NCBI GenBank assembly: GCA_038087875.1
Contig: JAXLNO010000666.1
Coordinates: forward strand, 62,001-126,000
Length of the DNA: 64,000 nucleotides
Source of the DNA: Malacoraja senta
Taxonomy: Eukaryota
Direction of reading: 5' to 3'
The position numbers and the translations under genes are program-made. Under the pieces are notes generated by a model that was not told where the DNA came from, did no database searches, and saw only the letters and a program-made list of their open reading frames with translations. Positions 12,192-26,524 of this stretch are shown here, one piece after another. Each line of letters opens with the position of its first letter. Position 1 is the stretch's first letter.

Positions 12192-14018
12192 GATAGATCT
12201 TGGAGAAGACTGAACCAGCGGACAGCGGCACGAACGAATGAACGACCGATGGTGGCGTCCCCGGTTTTGCCCCGGTGGTGGAAATTTTCTTGTAAGTTAT
12301 ACTATGTTAACACGTTAATAATAACATTAATATTAACGTGTTAACATAGTTATCTTCATTGTAATCACGGTAGAACTAGAGAAAATAGCATGACCTTTTA
12401 GCACGGGAGCACCTCAAGGCTGTGTGCTCAGCCCCCTGCTGTACTCACTCTATACTCATGACTGCGTAGCCGGTCACAGTGTGAACGCCATCATCAAGTT
12501 CGCTGATGACACCACTGTTGTGGGACGTATCACTGATGGAGATGAGTCAGAGTATAGAAGTGAGATCGACCATTTGACCAAATGGTGCCAGCACAATAAC
12601 CTGGCTCTCAACACCAGCAAAACCAAGGAACTGATTGTGAACTGTGGAAGGGGTAGAATGGGGACCATAGTCCCGTTTATATCAACGGGTCGATGGTGGA
12701 GAGAGTCAAGAGCTTCAAATTCCTGGGCGTGCATATCTCTGAAGATCTCTCCTGGTCCAAGAACACGGATGCAATTATAAAGAAAGCACATCAGCGCCTC
12801 TACTTCCTGAGAAGATTACGGAGAGTTGGTATGACAAGTAGGACTCTCTCGAACTTCTACAGGTGCACAGTAGAGAGCATGCTGACCGGTTGCATCATGG
12901 CTTGGTTAGGCAACTTGAGCGCACAGGAGCGGTAAAGACTGCAAAAAGTGGTAAACACTGCCCAGTCCATCATCGGCTCTGACCTCCCTATCGAGGGGAT
13001 CTATCGCAGTCGCTGCCTCAAAAATGCCCTGTCCAGTCGCCGTCGTGGCAGCTCTGCGAAAACTGTGCGTATTTTTAACTTTCATGTTCCTTTTTAACTT
13101 ATTTCTAAGTTCCAACTCCCTAGTACTAACAAAGTATGGCAGGGAAACCCTCTTAAATCTAAACCCAAGCGTAAACGGGGACTTTTTAAACGCTGTACTT
13201 ACCGATCCAGCGTGGCCAGCAGAGATCAACAGAGGCTGCTGCAACAACAATGGGATCGTGGCTACAAGGAAAACCCGGAGAAAACATCGGGGTAAGCAGG
13301 GGGGGGGGGGGTTCGGAATAGGCTGAGAGCACAAGCCTTTCGTCCTCCTCTGCCCAGCATTCTTCTGGCAAATGTCCAGTCCCTGGAAAACAAGTTGGAT
13401 GACCTCAGGGCGAGGGTCAGATTCCAGCAGGACATAAGGGACTGCAACATCCTCTGCCTGACCGAAACATGGCTGACCTCGCTGATTCCGGATCAGGTAA
13501 TCTGTCCAACCGACTCCTTCACTGTCCATCGTGCTGACAGAACAGAAGCATCTCGGAAATCCAAGGGTGGAGGAGTCTGCCTCATGACCAATAACAACTG
13601 GTGCAACCCTGGAAATATCAAGATGCTTTCCCATTCCTGCTCGCCGGATCTGGAGCATCTGATGATCTCATGCCGCCCATTCTACCTTCCCGGGGAGTTC
13701 GGCTCAGTGATCGTCACAGCCGTCTACATTCCACCGCAGGTGGACACCGACGTGGCACTATCGTTCCTACACGACGTGCTATGTCGACATCAAAACAAGA
13801 ACCCGAATCGGCTATGGTGGTGGCTGGAGATTTTAATAAATCAAATCTCAAGAAGGTCATGCTGACTTCCGGTGGCGCTATGGAGGCTTGAGTCCAGCGC
13901 CAACTAGCTCCGTGCCGAAGAAAATTGAAAACGGGAGAAAATCGGGTCTTACCTGCAGCGATCGCGATCTGAACGGCTGCCTGCCGCGTGACGTCATCAG
14001 GGGCGCGACTTAGACGGT

Positions 14019-15077
14019 ATGTCGGTACAACGTTCCCCCACCTCCCGCGGGACACAAAAAAAAAACGTTAAAGGGAAACCCCTACAGATGGAAGAGGAAG
14101 GCCCAACTGAGGCCTCGGCCTCAGGTACAACGACTGCCCAGGAAGACCTTCCGAAGAAAACAAAGCAGAAAAAGACTGAAAAGACTGAAATGGATGATCT
14201 TAAAGCTTTTCTTACTGCTGAATTGAAAACCTTTGGAGTGAATTTTAATGAGGATTTTAAAGAGGAACTTAACTCTTTTAAGGTAGATTTTAAAGCAGAA
14301 ATGCTTTCTACCGTTCAAGAAATACTGGAAGTCTGGAAGAGGTCGAGGGAGGAGGAGGTCAAGGAACAGATGGAAGTGCTGGAAGCAAGACTCGTTTCGG
14401 TGGAAACGAGCGTTAAAATGGAGGTGGATCCCATTCATCATGAACTCGAACAACATAGAACAGCGATAACCGAACTTGAGAAATGGGCGGCGACAAGTGG
14501 GGAAACTGTAGGTCGACTCATTACTGAAAACCAACGCCTCACCGATATGGTGATCAAATTAAGTGATAAATGTACCGATTTGGAGGGGCGTCAAAGACGT
14601 AAGAATCTAAGAATTGTAGGGGTGAAAGAAGGAAGCGAGAGGGAAATGGGCCCTCGGGATTTTGTGGCAGACCTACTACAAAAAGTCTTACAATTGGATC
14701 AAAAACCTTCACTCGGTCGAGCTCATAGAGCGCAGCGGCGTCGTACACAAGATGATGCCCATCCAAGACAAATTATCGTAAAGGTGCAACTGGATCATGA
14801 ATTTGACGAAATAATGAAGAAAATTGTCCGAGGCGGACAGCTCCACTTTGAAGGTGCGAGGTTCAGTATCTACTGAGATTATCCAGCAGAGGTCTTCAAA
14901 AAAAGGGCGCTGTTCACTGAGACAAAAAGAATACTGAAGAATGTACCTGATTTGAGATACGGCCTGCTCTACCCCGCAAGACTAAGAGTCACCTACAAGA
15001 ACAAGGAGCGATTTTTTACAGACCATGAAAAAGCACTGGAATTCGCCAAAGAAATTGGGAACTTGACCGCTGTCTGA
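14019..15077 (+). pseudogene. L1 ORF1 (coiled coil + RRM/CTD) with in-frame TGA at 14874
   Basis: DLEGRQRRKNLRIVG and RAHRA; after the stop the frame continues DYPAEV..YGLLYPARLRVT. Confidence 0.85.
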
Positions 15078-16008
15078 AGAATTTACATTACTCTTCAGGA
15101 GTCAAGGATTAACGGGACCGCCAGATCTAAAAGGATCTTTAAAGTTCTTTTAAGAGCTTTAAGGACATTTGATAACCGAATGGACGGTGGACATTGGAGA
15201 TAACCGTGGGGTTTTTTTTTTTCCCTTTTTTTTAAATAATTTTTTTTTTTAATTTTATGAATCACTATTATTATCTGTATATTCATATCTAACTATATTT
15301 GTAATAACTAATACTTATTAAATATCTATATTACTACTAAAATTATTAACATTTATATTACTCATAAAAATATAATACTGGGTATGATTGATAACAATGA
15401 TTAATAACTAATTATTTTTCAATTTAAAATTAAATTTATAGAGTTAGCGAGGATATTAATATGATATGTAGAGTATATCAACATTATGAATTTATGCTGT
15501 TATTGGACTTTTCTGCAGGGATGCGTGCTTGTGTATGTATGCATGTGGGTATATATATATATATATATATGTATATGTATGTGTATATATATATGTATAT
15601 GTGTGCGTATATGTGGGTATGTATATATGTTTCTTACTCCCAAAGAAATTATTTGATTATTGGAAATAATTTTTTTTTTTTTTTTCGGCACGGAGCTGGG
15701 AATTTTTTTTTTTACAAAGGCTACGGAAGTCTTTAGAATTCTAGCCACGTTAGTGTGGCTATCACTAACTACACTAATTGTAGATGTAGTTTTTTTTCTT
15801 TCACACTATACTAACCAACTCTATCACTTTTTTCACTTTAAATATTTTTATAACTTAAGGTTTGATTGGAAAAACAATAATAATACAAGGAGATGTGTTC
15901 GGAAGAACGATGTATATGATTCTAAATTCATCTATTTGAGGCTCAGGAGCAAGGTCAGGTTTTATGTGCTGCACCTTCTGCTCGGTTATAGACCACCTTA
16001 GAAATAAT

Positions 16009-19000
16009 ATGCAAGATGTTAATATGACAAGTGGGGGTCAGGGAATAACATTTTGCAGTTGGAATGTCAAGGGAATCAATGAACCAATTAAGAGAGGTAA
16101 AGTCTTGGCACATTTAAATTTAATCAAAGCAGATATTATATTCCTTCAAGAAACACACCTTAAAAAGGAATCCCAACACAGACTTAAAGCTAAGTGGATC
16201 GCTGAATCATATCATTCCTCCTTTTCCCATAAGTCCAGAGGAGTTTCAATATTAATTCGTAAAGGAATACCTTTTACGAATTTATCAACAATAGCGGATA
16301 TTGATGGTAGATATATTATATTAGTTGGAGAGCTGAATGGAGAAAAAGTGATTCTTCTGAATGTATATGGGCCTAATTTTGATAACCCTATGTTCTTTAA
16401 TAAAACATTTAATAATATTCCTGAATTTACACAATATAAATTAATAATTGGAGGAGACTTCAACTGTACATTAGATTCATACTTAGATAGATCATCATGG
16501 CAAAAAAAAGTAAAATCTCAATCAAGTGTATTTCTAAATTCATTTATTAATACCACTAATATTAAAGATGTCTGGAGAATAGAAAATCCAACTGGACGGG
16601 AATATTCATTTTACTCTCCAGTACACAAAACATACTCAAGAATAGATTATTTTTTAGTTGACTCCACGTTTATCCCATTTACTTATAACTCAAAATACCA
16701 TAATATTATAATCTCAGACCACGCACCTGTAACATTTATGATTAAATTAAATGGATTGTCAGAGAAACAAACATATTGGAGATTTAACCCACAAATCTTG
16801 AACGAAAGATCATGCCAGGAATATATTATTAAACAGATACAAATATTTTTTGAGGTAAATGATAACCCTGACACACCTACTTCTCTTATGTGGGAAACGT
16901 TTAAAGCGTTTGTTCGAGGTGCATTAATCTCTGCTCAAGTATTTTATAATAAAGAGAACAGGATTAAGCAACAAACATTGGAAAGGGAAATCAAACAACT
17001 AGATTTAGACAATGCGAGAATGCCATCTATTTCAAAACATAATAAAATTGCAGTATTGAAATATAAATTAAATAAAATGTATTCAGAACAAGTAATAAAA
17101 CTTTATCAAAAAACCAAACAATTACATTTTGAATTTGGAGACAAACCACAAAAACTATTAGCACGTCAGTTACGAAAAATGGAAGGGGAAAAAATAATTC
17201 ATAAAATTAGAACAGAGACAGGAGAATTATTAAAAATGCCCAAGGACATAAATGAAAGATTTCTCCAATACTATCATAACCTTTATTCAACTAAAGCTGT
17301 AACACAAACAGAAGGAATAGCAGATTTTTTACTAAAATGTAATTTAAAAGGTTTAGATTCAAATGATAGAGAATTATTAGAAAGGGAGATTACGATAACG
17401 GATATTGAGGAGTCTATTGGCTCTTTAAAAAATGGTAAAGCAGTAGGACCAGATGGTTTAGGCTCTGAATTTTATAAAAAATTTTATGACTTGCTATGCC
17501 CACGTTTACAAAGACTGTATGAGCATATATATACTCAACAGAAACTCCCAGATACTTTAAATGAATCTATAATAACACTTATTCCTAAAGCTGATAAAGA
17601 TCCGGAAGATCCGGGATCATATAGAGCAATTGCACTTTTAAATACAGATCAGAAAATATTAACTAAAATACTAGCGCATAGATTAAGTACAGTGATGAAT
17701 AAAATAATACACCCTGACCAAACAGGCTTTATTCAGAAACGGTACTCATATTATAATCTAAGAAGATTATTTAATATTATTTATTCTAAGAGAATGATTA
17801 ATGAAGATTTAGCAATAATCTCACTCGATGCTGAAAAAGCATTTGATCAGGTTGAATGGTCTTATTTATTCTCAGTGATGGAAAATATGCAACTAGGGGA
17901 GAAATTCTGTACATGGATAAAACTGTTATATACAAATCCTACGGCTAGAATATTAACAAATCAAAGGTTGTCACCAAAATTCAGCCTATCTAGAGGTTGT
18001 AGACAAGGATGCCTGTTATCTCCATTATTATTTGCTTTAGCTATTGAACCACTTGCAGAAAGAGTTAGGGGTCATCCGGAAATATATGGGTATATCACAA
18101 AGGACACAGTGAATAAAATTTCTCTATACGCAGATGATGTACTAATTTACATTACAAAACCAGAAATTAGTATTCCAAACTTATTAGAGCTAATAACCCA
18201 ATTTGGGTCACTCTCAGGATACAGAATAAATTGGAATAAAAGTGAAATTATGCCAATAAGGGAACATAACAAACACATAATACAACAATTTCCATTTAAA
18301 ATAGTAAACGAAAAATTTAAATACCTAGGTATCTATGTAACTAAGATATATACATCATTATTTAAAGCAAACTTTCCCCCACTACTGAATAAACTACATA
18401 AGAATATTCAATACTGGAAAACACTCCCTATTTCAATGATTGGCAAAATTAATGCCATAAAAATGATTTTTTTAACGCAAATATTATACCTTTTTCAGAC
18501 AATTCCGATATATTTGTCAAAAAACTTTTTTTTTAAATTGGACTCTATTGTTAATGATTTTATCTGGGATTATTAGAACCATAGGATAAATAAAAGACAT
18601 TTGTGTAAATCAAAAATAAATGGAGGTTTGGTTTTACCCAACTTTCTGTTTTATTTTTGGGCAGTTAATATTAAAAATATGAATTTCTGGTTGGAAGAAA
18701 TAGAACAACAACCAGATTGGTTAAAAATGGAAAAGGAAGACTGTTTGCCTTTTGATATCGGGTCGATATTATTTGCTACATCTAAATTAAACAAAAAAAA
18801 TTATAAGGGAAAACCCTATAATATTTAGTACCATACGAATTTGGAAACAATTAAAAAAGACATTAAAATTAGATAATTTATCACTATTTCTCCCGATTGT
18901 GAATAACCCTTTGTTTAAACCCTCATGGTTGGACAGGGGTTTTACACAATGGAAGAATTATGGAATTAAAAATATGGGACAACTTTATAAGGAAGGCACT

Positions 19001-19825
19001 TTTCTGACATTTCAGGAGTTGCAACAGACTTACGGACTTCGAGGAAATTATTATTTCAGATATCTTCAACTCAGAGACTATGTAAAATCGAATACTCAAA
19101 ACTTTCGAATTAGAAATTCAGAAATTCTTGACGAATGTTGGAATAAACATCCTAATACAGAAAAATTAATATCTTATATATATAATATCTTATTAGACAG
19201 TGACATTCCATCGACGGACTTACACAGACAAACATGGGAAAAAGAATTAAATGAAATAATAACGAAAGATACTTGGGAAGAAAGTTTACAACAGATACAT
19301 CAATGTTCATTAAATGCCAGACATTCTTTAATACAATTTAAAGTAATACATAGATTACATTATTCAAAAACAAAATTACATAAAATCTTTCAACATATCT
19401 CACCTATATGTGATAAATGCCAACATTTAGAAGCTACCTTATCTCATATGTTTGCAAACTGTACAAAAATTAAAAAATTCTGGGTAAATATTTTTAGTAT
19501 AATATCTAAAGTGACCAGCACACAAGTGGACCCGGATTCAAAATTTATAATACTCAGAACATCAGAATTAAATCAAACATTTACAACAACACAAAGAAAC
19601 TTTATTGATTATAGTATAATAACAGGAAAAAAATTAATTCTAAAATTTTGGAAAGGCCCTACGGCCCCCACAATCAAAATGTGGATTATAGAAATGACGG
19701 AGACCTTAAACGTGGAAAGAATCAGATTTTCCCTGTTGGATAAACAGGAAGTATTCGTTGGAACATGGTCTCCCTTTATTGATTATTTAAAGGGTCAGAA
19801 TGGTTCAGCACGGGAACCTGACTAA
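16009..19825 (+). pseudogene. L1 ORF2 (EN-RT-Cys domain) with stop at 18574 and frameshift near 18800
   Basis: SWNVKG, LQETH, GGDFN, SDH, QGCLLSP, LYADD and ICDKC..HMFANC. Confidence 0.9.
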
Positions 19826-22800
19826 TGCTCGGGCTAAAAAATGGATGAAATGCTATATTCTGAAATGTACGAATATATCTCGAATGAAGTTTTTTATTTT
19901 AATAAATGTTTCCACTCTTCTTTAACTATCTTTCTCTTTTGTTTTGGTTTTTTGTTTTGTGTTTCTTGTTTTTTGTTAAAAAATTTTAAATATTTTTTTT
20001 TTCTCTCTTTTTCTTCTCTTTCTTTTCTTTCTTTACTTCATCTATCTTTTTAGTTCTAACTAGTTTAAAATTAAAATAAAATAAAAAGGTAAAAGGTATT
20101 GGAGACAATGTAATAATAATTGATAATATTATCAATTTAAAAATGTAAGACTGTAATGATGTTAATAGGTTAAGCACTTATCTCCAATAAAAAATATTAA
20201 AAAAAAAAAAAAAGAAGGTCATGCTGAACTTCTACCAACATATCACGTGTGCCACCAGGGGAGAAAGAACATTGGACCACTGCTATACGCCGTTCCGGAA
20301 GGGCTACAAGGCCGTTTCACTCCCTAACTTAGGGAAATCTGACCACGCTGCCATTTTCCTGCTGCCGGAGTTTAAACAGAGGATAGCTCGGGAAGCGGCA
20401 GTGACGAGGGACGTAAAGCGGTGGTCCGACCAGTCAGAGGCCATGCTGCAAGATGCACTGACAGATGTCGACTGGAATATGTTCCAAGCAAGTTCCAGTG
20501 ACGTCAGTGAGTTCGCGGAAGCAGTCACGGACTTCATCACAACAATAACCAACAACATCGTCCCCACGGTAAGGGTTAGCACCTTTCCGAATCAAAAACC
20601 CTGGGTAGACAGGTCCGTTCGTGTGGCCTTGAATGTTCGCACCACTGCCTACACCTCGGGCCTGGCGTCCGGAAATATGGACGTCTACAAGGTAGAGTCC
20701 TACCGACTGCGAAGGGCGGTGAAGGACGCAAAAAGGTACAGAGACAAGATGGAGTCACAGATGGAGCAGCAGGACACCAGACGCCTGTGGCAGGGACTAT
20801 GGACTGTAACCAACTACCGTAGCAGCCCCCCCCCCCCCCCCACAACTGGAAGTGCCGGCACCTCCCTAGCTGATGACCTGAACTTCTTTTACGCTCGTTT
20901 CGAGACGGGCAACATCACCCCAGGTCTGCCGACTAACGACAATACCGCCAGCGTGCTGGCTATCGAAGCTGAAGGGAGGAATGTGCACACATTCTCGTTA
21001 TCGAGCACGACGTGAGGAAGGCTCTGACACGGGTGAACACAAGGAAAGCTGCAGGCCCAGATGGCATCTCGGGGCGAGTACTTAAGTCCTGTGCTACGCA
21101 GCTAGCTCCGGTGTTTACTACAATATTCAACCTCTCCCTGGCCAAGTCCGCGGTCCCTGCCTGCTTCAAAAGATCCATCATTGTACCGGTACCTAAAAAT
21201 GCCTCCCCAGCCTGTCTGAATGACTACCGTCCGGTGGCCCTCACCTCGGTAGTCATGAAATGCTTTGAGAGGCTGGTCAAGAAACACATCTGTGCCTTCC
21301 TCCCTCGCAACATGAAACCGCTACAATTCGCATACCGGCCGAACAGATCCACGGACAATGCGTGTCTCCCAGGTTCTGCACACCGCTCTCTCTCATCTTG
21401 ACAGCCAGAAGGGGGGCTATGTGAGGATGCTGTTCATAGACTTCAGTTCAGCCTTCAACACGATAGTCCCCACAAGACTGGCCGAGAAGCTGCTGGAATT
21501 GGGGCTCAACACCCCCCTGTGTGCCTGGGTCCTGGACTTTCTCACCACCAGGCCCCAGGTAGTCAAGATGGGGGGAAATACATCGAAGTCCCTCACCCTG
21601 AGCACAGGATTGCGTCCTCAGCCCCCTACTGTACTCCCTGTACACACATGACTGTATGGCCAGGTTCAGCTCCAACTCGATAATCAAGTTTGCTGATGAC
21701 ACTGTGGTGGTGGGCCTGATCTCAGATAACGATGAGAAGGCCTACTCAGATAACGATGAGGAGGTGGCTGATCTGGCACTCTGGTGTCAGGCCAACAGCC
21801 TCCTCTTGAATATCAAAAAAACTAAGGAGCTGATCGTGGACTTTAGGAGGGCACATCATCCGAGGACGTACACACCATTGAGGATAAATGGGGATACTGT
21901 GGATAGGTTGAGCTGTTTTAAATACCTGGGAGTCCACATCTCTGAGGATATGACATGGACATCACACGCTGCAGCACTCGTGAGTAAGGCAAGGCAGCGC
22001 CTTTACCACCTCAGGCAATTGAGGAAATTCAGAGTGTCTCTGAGGATCCTCCAGTGCTTCTACTCAGCGGCTGTGGAAAGCATCTTGTCCAGAAATATCA
22101 CGATTTGGTTTGGGAACTGCTCTGCCCAGGACAAGAAGGCTCTGCAGAGAGTAGTGCGTTCGGCTGAACGCACTACGGGAACCACACTCGCCCCCCTGCA
22201 AGAACTATACATCAGATGGTGCAACTCCAGAGCCAATAAGATCATGGGAGACCCCTTCCACCCCTGCAACGGACTGTTCCAGCTGCTACGGTCAGGCAAA
22301 CGCCTCCGTTGCCATGCTGTGAGAATGGAGAGGATGAGGAGTTTCTTCCCAGAGGCCATTAGGACTGTAAACTCCTACCTCTCCAGGGACTAACTTTACT
22401 GAACCATTCTACTGTTGTGTGGTGTCTTTTTAAAATTGCTGTTTTTTTTCCTATTTCTTCCCTCCCACAAATATGTAATATGTGAATATGTGATTCTGTT
22501 CCATTCTGTTTTGTAGTTTGTTTGTTTTTTTGCACAATTCGCGAGCATCGCCACTTTTCATTTCACTGCACATCTCAAATGTGTATGTGAAACAATAAAC
22601 TTGACTTGACTTGACTTGCTGACAGCATCATCAAAGACACACACCATCCTGGCCACTCACTCATCTCCCCGCTGCCTTCAGGTAGAAGGTACAGGAGCCT
22701 GAAATCTGCAACATCCAGGTTCAGGAATATCTCTTCCCCACAGCCATCAGGCTATTAAGCTCAACAAACAAAACTCTGATCATTAATAGCCCATTGCACT

Positions 22801-22872
22801 TTATCTGTTTATTTATGTGTGTATATAAAGATAATACACACCTACGATAATACACATCTACAATATATATAT

Positions 22873-25785
22873 TGTAGATGGTTTATGCATGCAACCAATA
22901 ATATAGCTACCTCACTACTACTAACCACGCCTTAGTTATCAAGTATAAGAACTCTCTCTCTCTCTCTCTTGCTCCTCCCTGGATCCAGCATGATGACAGA
23001 CTGGGTGCAGTCAGTGCTGGAACGTGTTTAACCTGAGTTATCATTAAACGTTAAGTAAAGCTACAAGTGAGTCAGACTTAACTTCTTTACATGGTGTCAG
23101 CAAGTTAAAATGCGCGCCTCCTGTTTATCGGGTTTTATTTCTTTGAAAATGTTGCTTTATCGGAGTTTTGTAGCTTTTTCACTATGGCATCCTCGTGCCG
23201 TAAACCCTCGCCCTTAGCCTTTGATGCCGACATAGCGGAGCGCTGGGCGACTTTTGAAATGGACTTCACACACTACATTAATATCGTTCATCGCAACGAT
23301 CCCAACATCGTTAAAGCTTCTCTCCTACTGAACCTGGCTGGTCCGGACGCTATGAGGGGAGCACGAGCCTTCGCCTATGATCCCGCGGTCCGGGATGAAA
23401 ACGATCAGGTTCAAGTACCTGCGGAGTCTGCCAACGATCCGGTATGTCTACTGCAAAAGTTTGCCGAGATTTGCGACTTGCCCTCTAACCGCACTTTAGA
23501 GCGAGCCAAGTTTTTCACGAGGAAACAACAGCCTGATGAACCTGTTGAATGTTTTATTGCCGACCTGCGATATCTCGCCCAGAGGTGCCGATTTGAAAAC
23601 ATGACTGACCAGTTTACCAGGGACATTCTAGTGACAGGTATGCTGGATCAGAAACTGCGATCGGAGCTATTGAGAAGGCCAGATCGTACTCTGACCGACG
23701 CAATGCACGCATGCAGGTTGGCTGAAGTCGTTCACCCGCTGTTCGGACAGCGGGAGTCTGTTGGTCGTTCTATCAATTTAACTGGTCTCAACAGATTGAC
23801 AACTCTAGACCCGCGCCGCGGGCCGGCTACGTCCCCGGACGACATGTCGTTAAAAGGTGCCCTATTTGCAATTATGTGCATTCGATGCAGTCACAGTGCC
23901 CGGCTTACGGGAAATCCTGCAATATCTGTAAGAAATTGAATCATTTCTCGGCGGTTTGCCGCTCCCATGGGAATGTATCCCCCAGCTTCTAGACAAGTAT
24001 TAAACAACCTGGCACAAGTTGATAGCAATTTTGGTTCCCAGACCTCTCTCGACACTGCCCACAACTGAGCCAATTAGTTCTCAAGGAGATGCTAGTGTAT
24101 TTACACTCCTACACGCACCTGCTCGCCTCCCCGATCCATCGGTACTCGTTACTGTCAACAACTGTTCTTTCTCAGCTGAGCTCGACACGGGGGCAAAGGT
24201 CAATGTTATGTCAACAAGCCTGTTCAGAAAGATTAGGCATAATGAGCTACTGACTGCAGACCGTTCAACTTTACGTGCTTATGGGGGCGAGGTGCTGAAA
24301 CCTGTGGGAAAGGCCACTTTTAATTGTGTGCTGAAAAAGTCATCGTGGCCTCTCATGTTCTATGTTCTTGACTCTGATTGTGTGACTCTGTTGGGCAACC
24401 AGGCATGCCAGGACCTGGGACTAGTGTCCTTCGACCATACTGTCCATGAAGTACAGGTGCTGAAGGATCCGATATCTGAGTACCCGGACCTGTTCGATAA
24501 TGAGCTGGGCAAACTGCCTCTCGTCTACAAGATCGCCACCGACCCTAAGGTGGTGCCAGTGGTCCGTGCACCACACAGAGTATCCCTCGCTTTAAAGGAT
24601 AAAGTGGAATCGATGCTGAAGAGCATGGTCGCAATGGGGGTGCTGGAAGCAGTTAGCGAGCCCACCGAGTGGGTCTCCACCATGGTTGCAACCCTGAAAA
24701 AGGACAAGAACGAGATACGGGTGTGCATTAATCCCAAGGACCTGAACCTCGCGATCAGGCGACCACACTACCCCATGAGAACCGTGGAAGATGTTGCAGC
24801 TCAAGTCGGCCAGGCCACGGTATTCTCTGTCCTGGATACAAAAAGTACCTTCTGGCAAATACCACTCGATAGACGCTCCTCCGACCTGACAACGTTCGCC
24901 ACTCCTTATGGCAGATTCAAGTTCCTACGGATGCCTTTCGGAATTAACTCTGCCAGCGAGGTGTTTCAGCGATCCATGGAACAGCTGTTCGCTGGCATGC
25001 CGTGCGCCATCATCATGGATGATATCCTAGTCTACGGGAAGAATGGCGCCGAACATGACCAGAACCTCCGCCGAGTCCTGGACCGGGCCCGGCAGATCAA
25101 TTTAAAACTGAACAAAAAAAAATGCCGATTCCGCGTCTCCGAAGTGCCGTACGTCGGGCACATCTTCACTTCTAATGGACTGAAGGCCGACCCGCAAAAG
25201 ACCATTGCAATCTCCGAGATGCCAGCCCCAACCGACGTCCTCAGCCTGCAACGATTCCTGGGCATGGTCAATTACCTCGGGAAGTTTATACCGAATCTCA
25301 GAGAGCTGAGCTCATCCCTGAGGCAGCTAACTAAAAAAAACACTGCCTGGTCCTGGTTTCCACAACACCAGCAGGCTTTCGAATGTCTGAAGTCTAAGCT
25401 GACCAGCACCCCGACACTCAAATTCTTCGACCTGCGCCGTCCCATTGTTGTGACCTGTGATGCCTCTCATTTCGGACTGGGTGCTGCTTGCCTGCAGCTC
25501 TACAACGACGGCTCGCTACTACCGGTCTCGTATGCCTCGCGAACCATGACCGACACGGAGCAACGGTATGCTCAGATCGAGAAGGAGGTCCTGGCGGTGG
25601 TGTTTGCTTGTTCAAAATTCAAAGGCTTCCTCTTCGGCTGCCGATTCACAGTCGAAACCGACCACCAGCCACTAGTGACTATTCTTAACAAGCCCATACA
25701 TGTTGCCCCTGCCAGACTCCAGCGCATGATGCTGCAGCTCCAGCGTTTTGATTTCGAAATCATATACAAGAAGGGCACGGAGACA
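22873..25785 (+). mobile_element. Gypsy LTR retrotransposon A, 3'-truncated (5' LTR 22873-23091, PBS, gag, PR-RT-RNaseH)
   Basis: TG..CA LTR followed by tggtgtcag PBS; ORF 23184-23939 is gag; ORF 24019-25788 has LDTGA, RMPFG, IMDD, CDAS and ETDHQPL. Confidence 0.9.
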
Positions 25786-26110
25786 TGACAATAAACTTTT
25801 AAATCTTGAAAAAAAGGCTGATTTAGGCACTTGATCGTGAAAAAGGCAATAGCTTTGTGAAATCATCAAAAAAGGCATGAAAGGGCACTTCTGGCATTTA
25901 TGGCAAAATCCTGGCTCTAGTTATCAAAGATTTCACATGGTTAACCACAAACCTTGACCTAATGCACACATCTTAATTCTTTCTTCATTTAATTTGGACT
26001 TTAGGCTAGAGATAAAGCACGAAAACAGGTCTGTTGTCAGTAATATTTTAAAGGGATTTTGCACTGTCATTTAATCCACCCTGTTTCTATTAGTCTGAAG
26101 AACTAATCTA

Positions 26111-26241
26111 CTCAGTCTGAAGAAGGGTCTCGACCCGAAACGTCACCCCTTCCCTCTCTCCGGAGATGCTGCCCGTCCCGCTGAGTTACTCCAGCATTTT
26201 GTGTCTATCTTCGGTGTAAACCAGCATCTGGAGTTCTTTCC
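26111..26241 (+). mobile_element. Short Penelope-derived repeat carrying a minimal hammerhead core
   Basis: Same unit recurs more than 12 times in the window and at the ends of the Penelope elements. Confidence 0.75.
26117..26148 (+). ncRNA. Putative minimal type I hammerhead ribozyme (best copy)
   Basis: CTGAAGA-A-GGGTC-TC-GACCC-GAAA-CGTC: conserved core, stem II, palindromic ACGT in place of stem III, and a GUC triplet. Confidence 0.65.
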
Positions 26242-26524
26242 CATTCACTTCTACTAGAAGGTGTTGCTGTTTAGCACGGACGGTGTTTCCAGAACCTGTT
26301 TGGGATATTAGTGCAAGGGGATAAATTATCAATCTTCTTCTTGCCTATGACGTACACAGCCTAAAGTTGTCGGACAACTTGTTCTTATTTAATTGTGCAC
26401 GCAAGGTGACAAATCATCAGTATTTGGGAACAATCCTGCTCTACAACTTCAGGTCCACCCACAAGGTTGAAGCGCTCCCGGCTTCCGGATCCAAGGCGCA
26501 GTCAGAGCCGCGTCTGCAACTAAC

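Larger units (their letters stand above)
13866..20211 (+). mobile_element. Full-length L1 retrotransposon (~6.3 kb)
   Basis: TSD aagaaggtcatgctga at 13850-13865 and 20212-20227; AATAAA and poly(A); ORF1 and ORF2 present. Confidence 0.95.
13024..22617 (+). mobile_element. Near full-length Rex1/Babar LINE 'B', split by an L1 at 13866-20211
   Basis: APE N-terminus (LANVQSLENK..CLTETWL) before the L1; ORFs 20221-22393 continue EN/RT; (ACTTG)n tail at 22598-22618. Confidence 0.85.
12398..22830 (+). mobile_element. 5'-truncated Rex1/Babar LINE 'A' (12398-13023 and ~22618-22830), split by Rex1 'B'
   Basis: RT ORFs 12424-12935; the sequence ..cgctgcctcaaaaa resumes as gctgacagcatcatcaaagac at ~22618. 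Confidence 0.75.
10481..25919 (-). mobile_element. hAT DNA transposon (CGGBP1-related transposase) containing ~14 kb of nested retroelements
   Basis: TIRs tagagccaggat / atcctggctcta; identical 8-bp TSD gttatcaa at 10473-10480 and 25920-25927; aaaaaggca subterminal repeats at both ends. Confidence 0.9.

Noticed and set aside
12906..13658. 250-aa minus-strand ORF and similar antisense ORFs (e.g. 10656-11192, 37574-37978)
   Set aside because: Antisense shadows of TE coding sequence with no independent domain signal.
15461..16001. Hydrophobic or low-complexity ORFs
   Set aside because: Translations of the TA/TG microsatellite and T-runs in the L1 inter-ORF region.
26460..26524. Core promoter of the SLC22 gene
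   Set aside because: CpG-enriched with one cttccgg motif, but no TSS or defined element can be supported from sequence alone.
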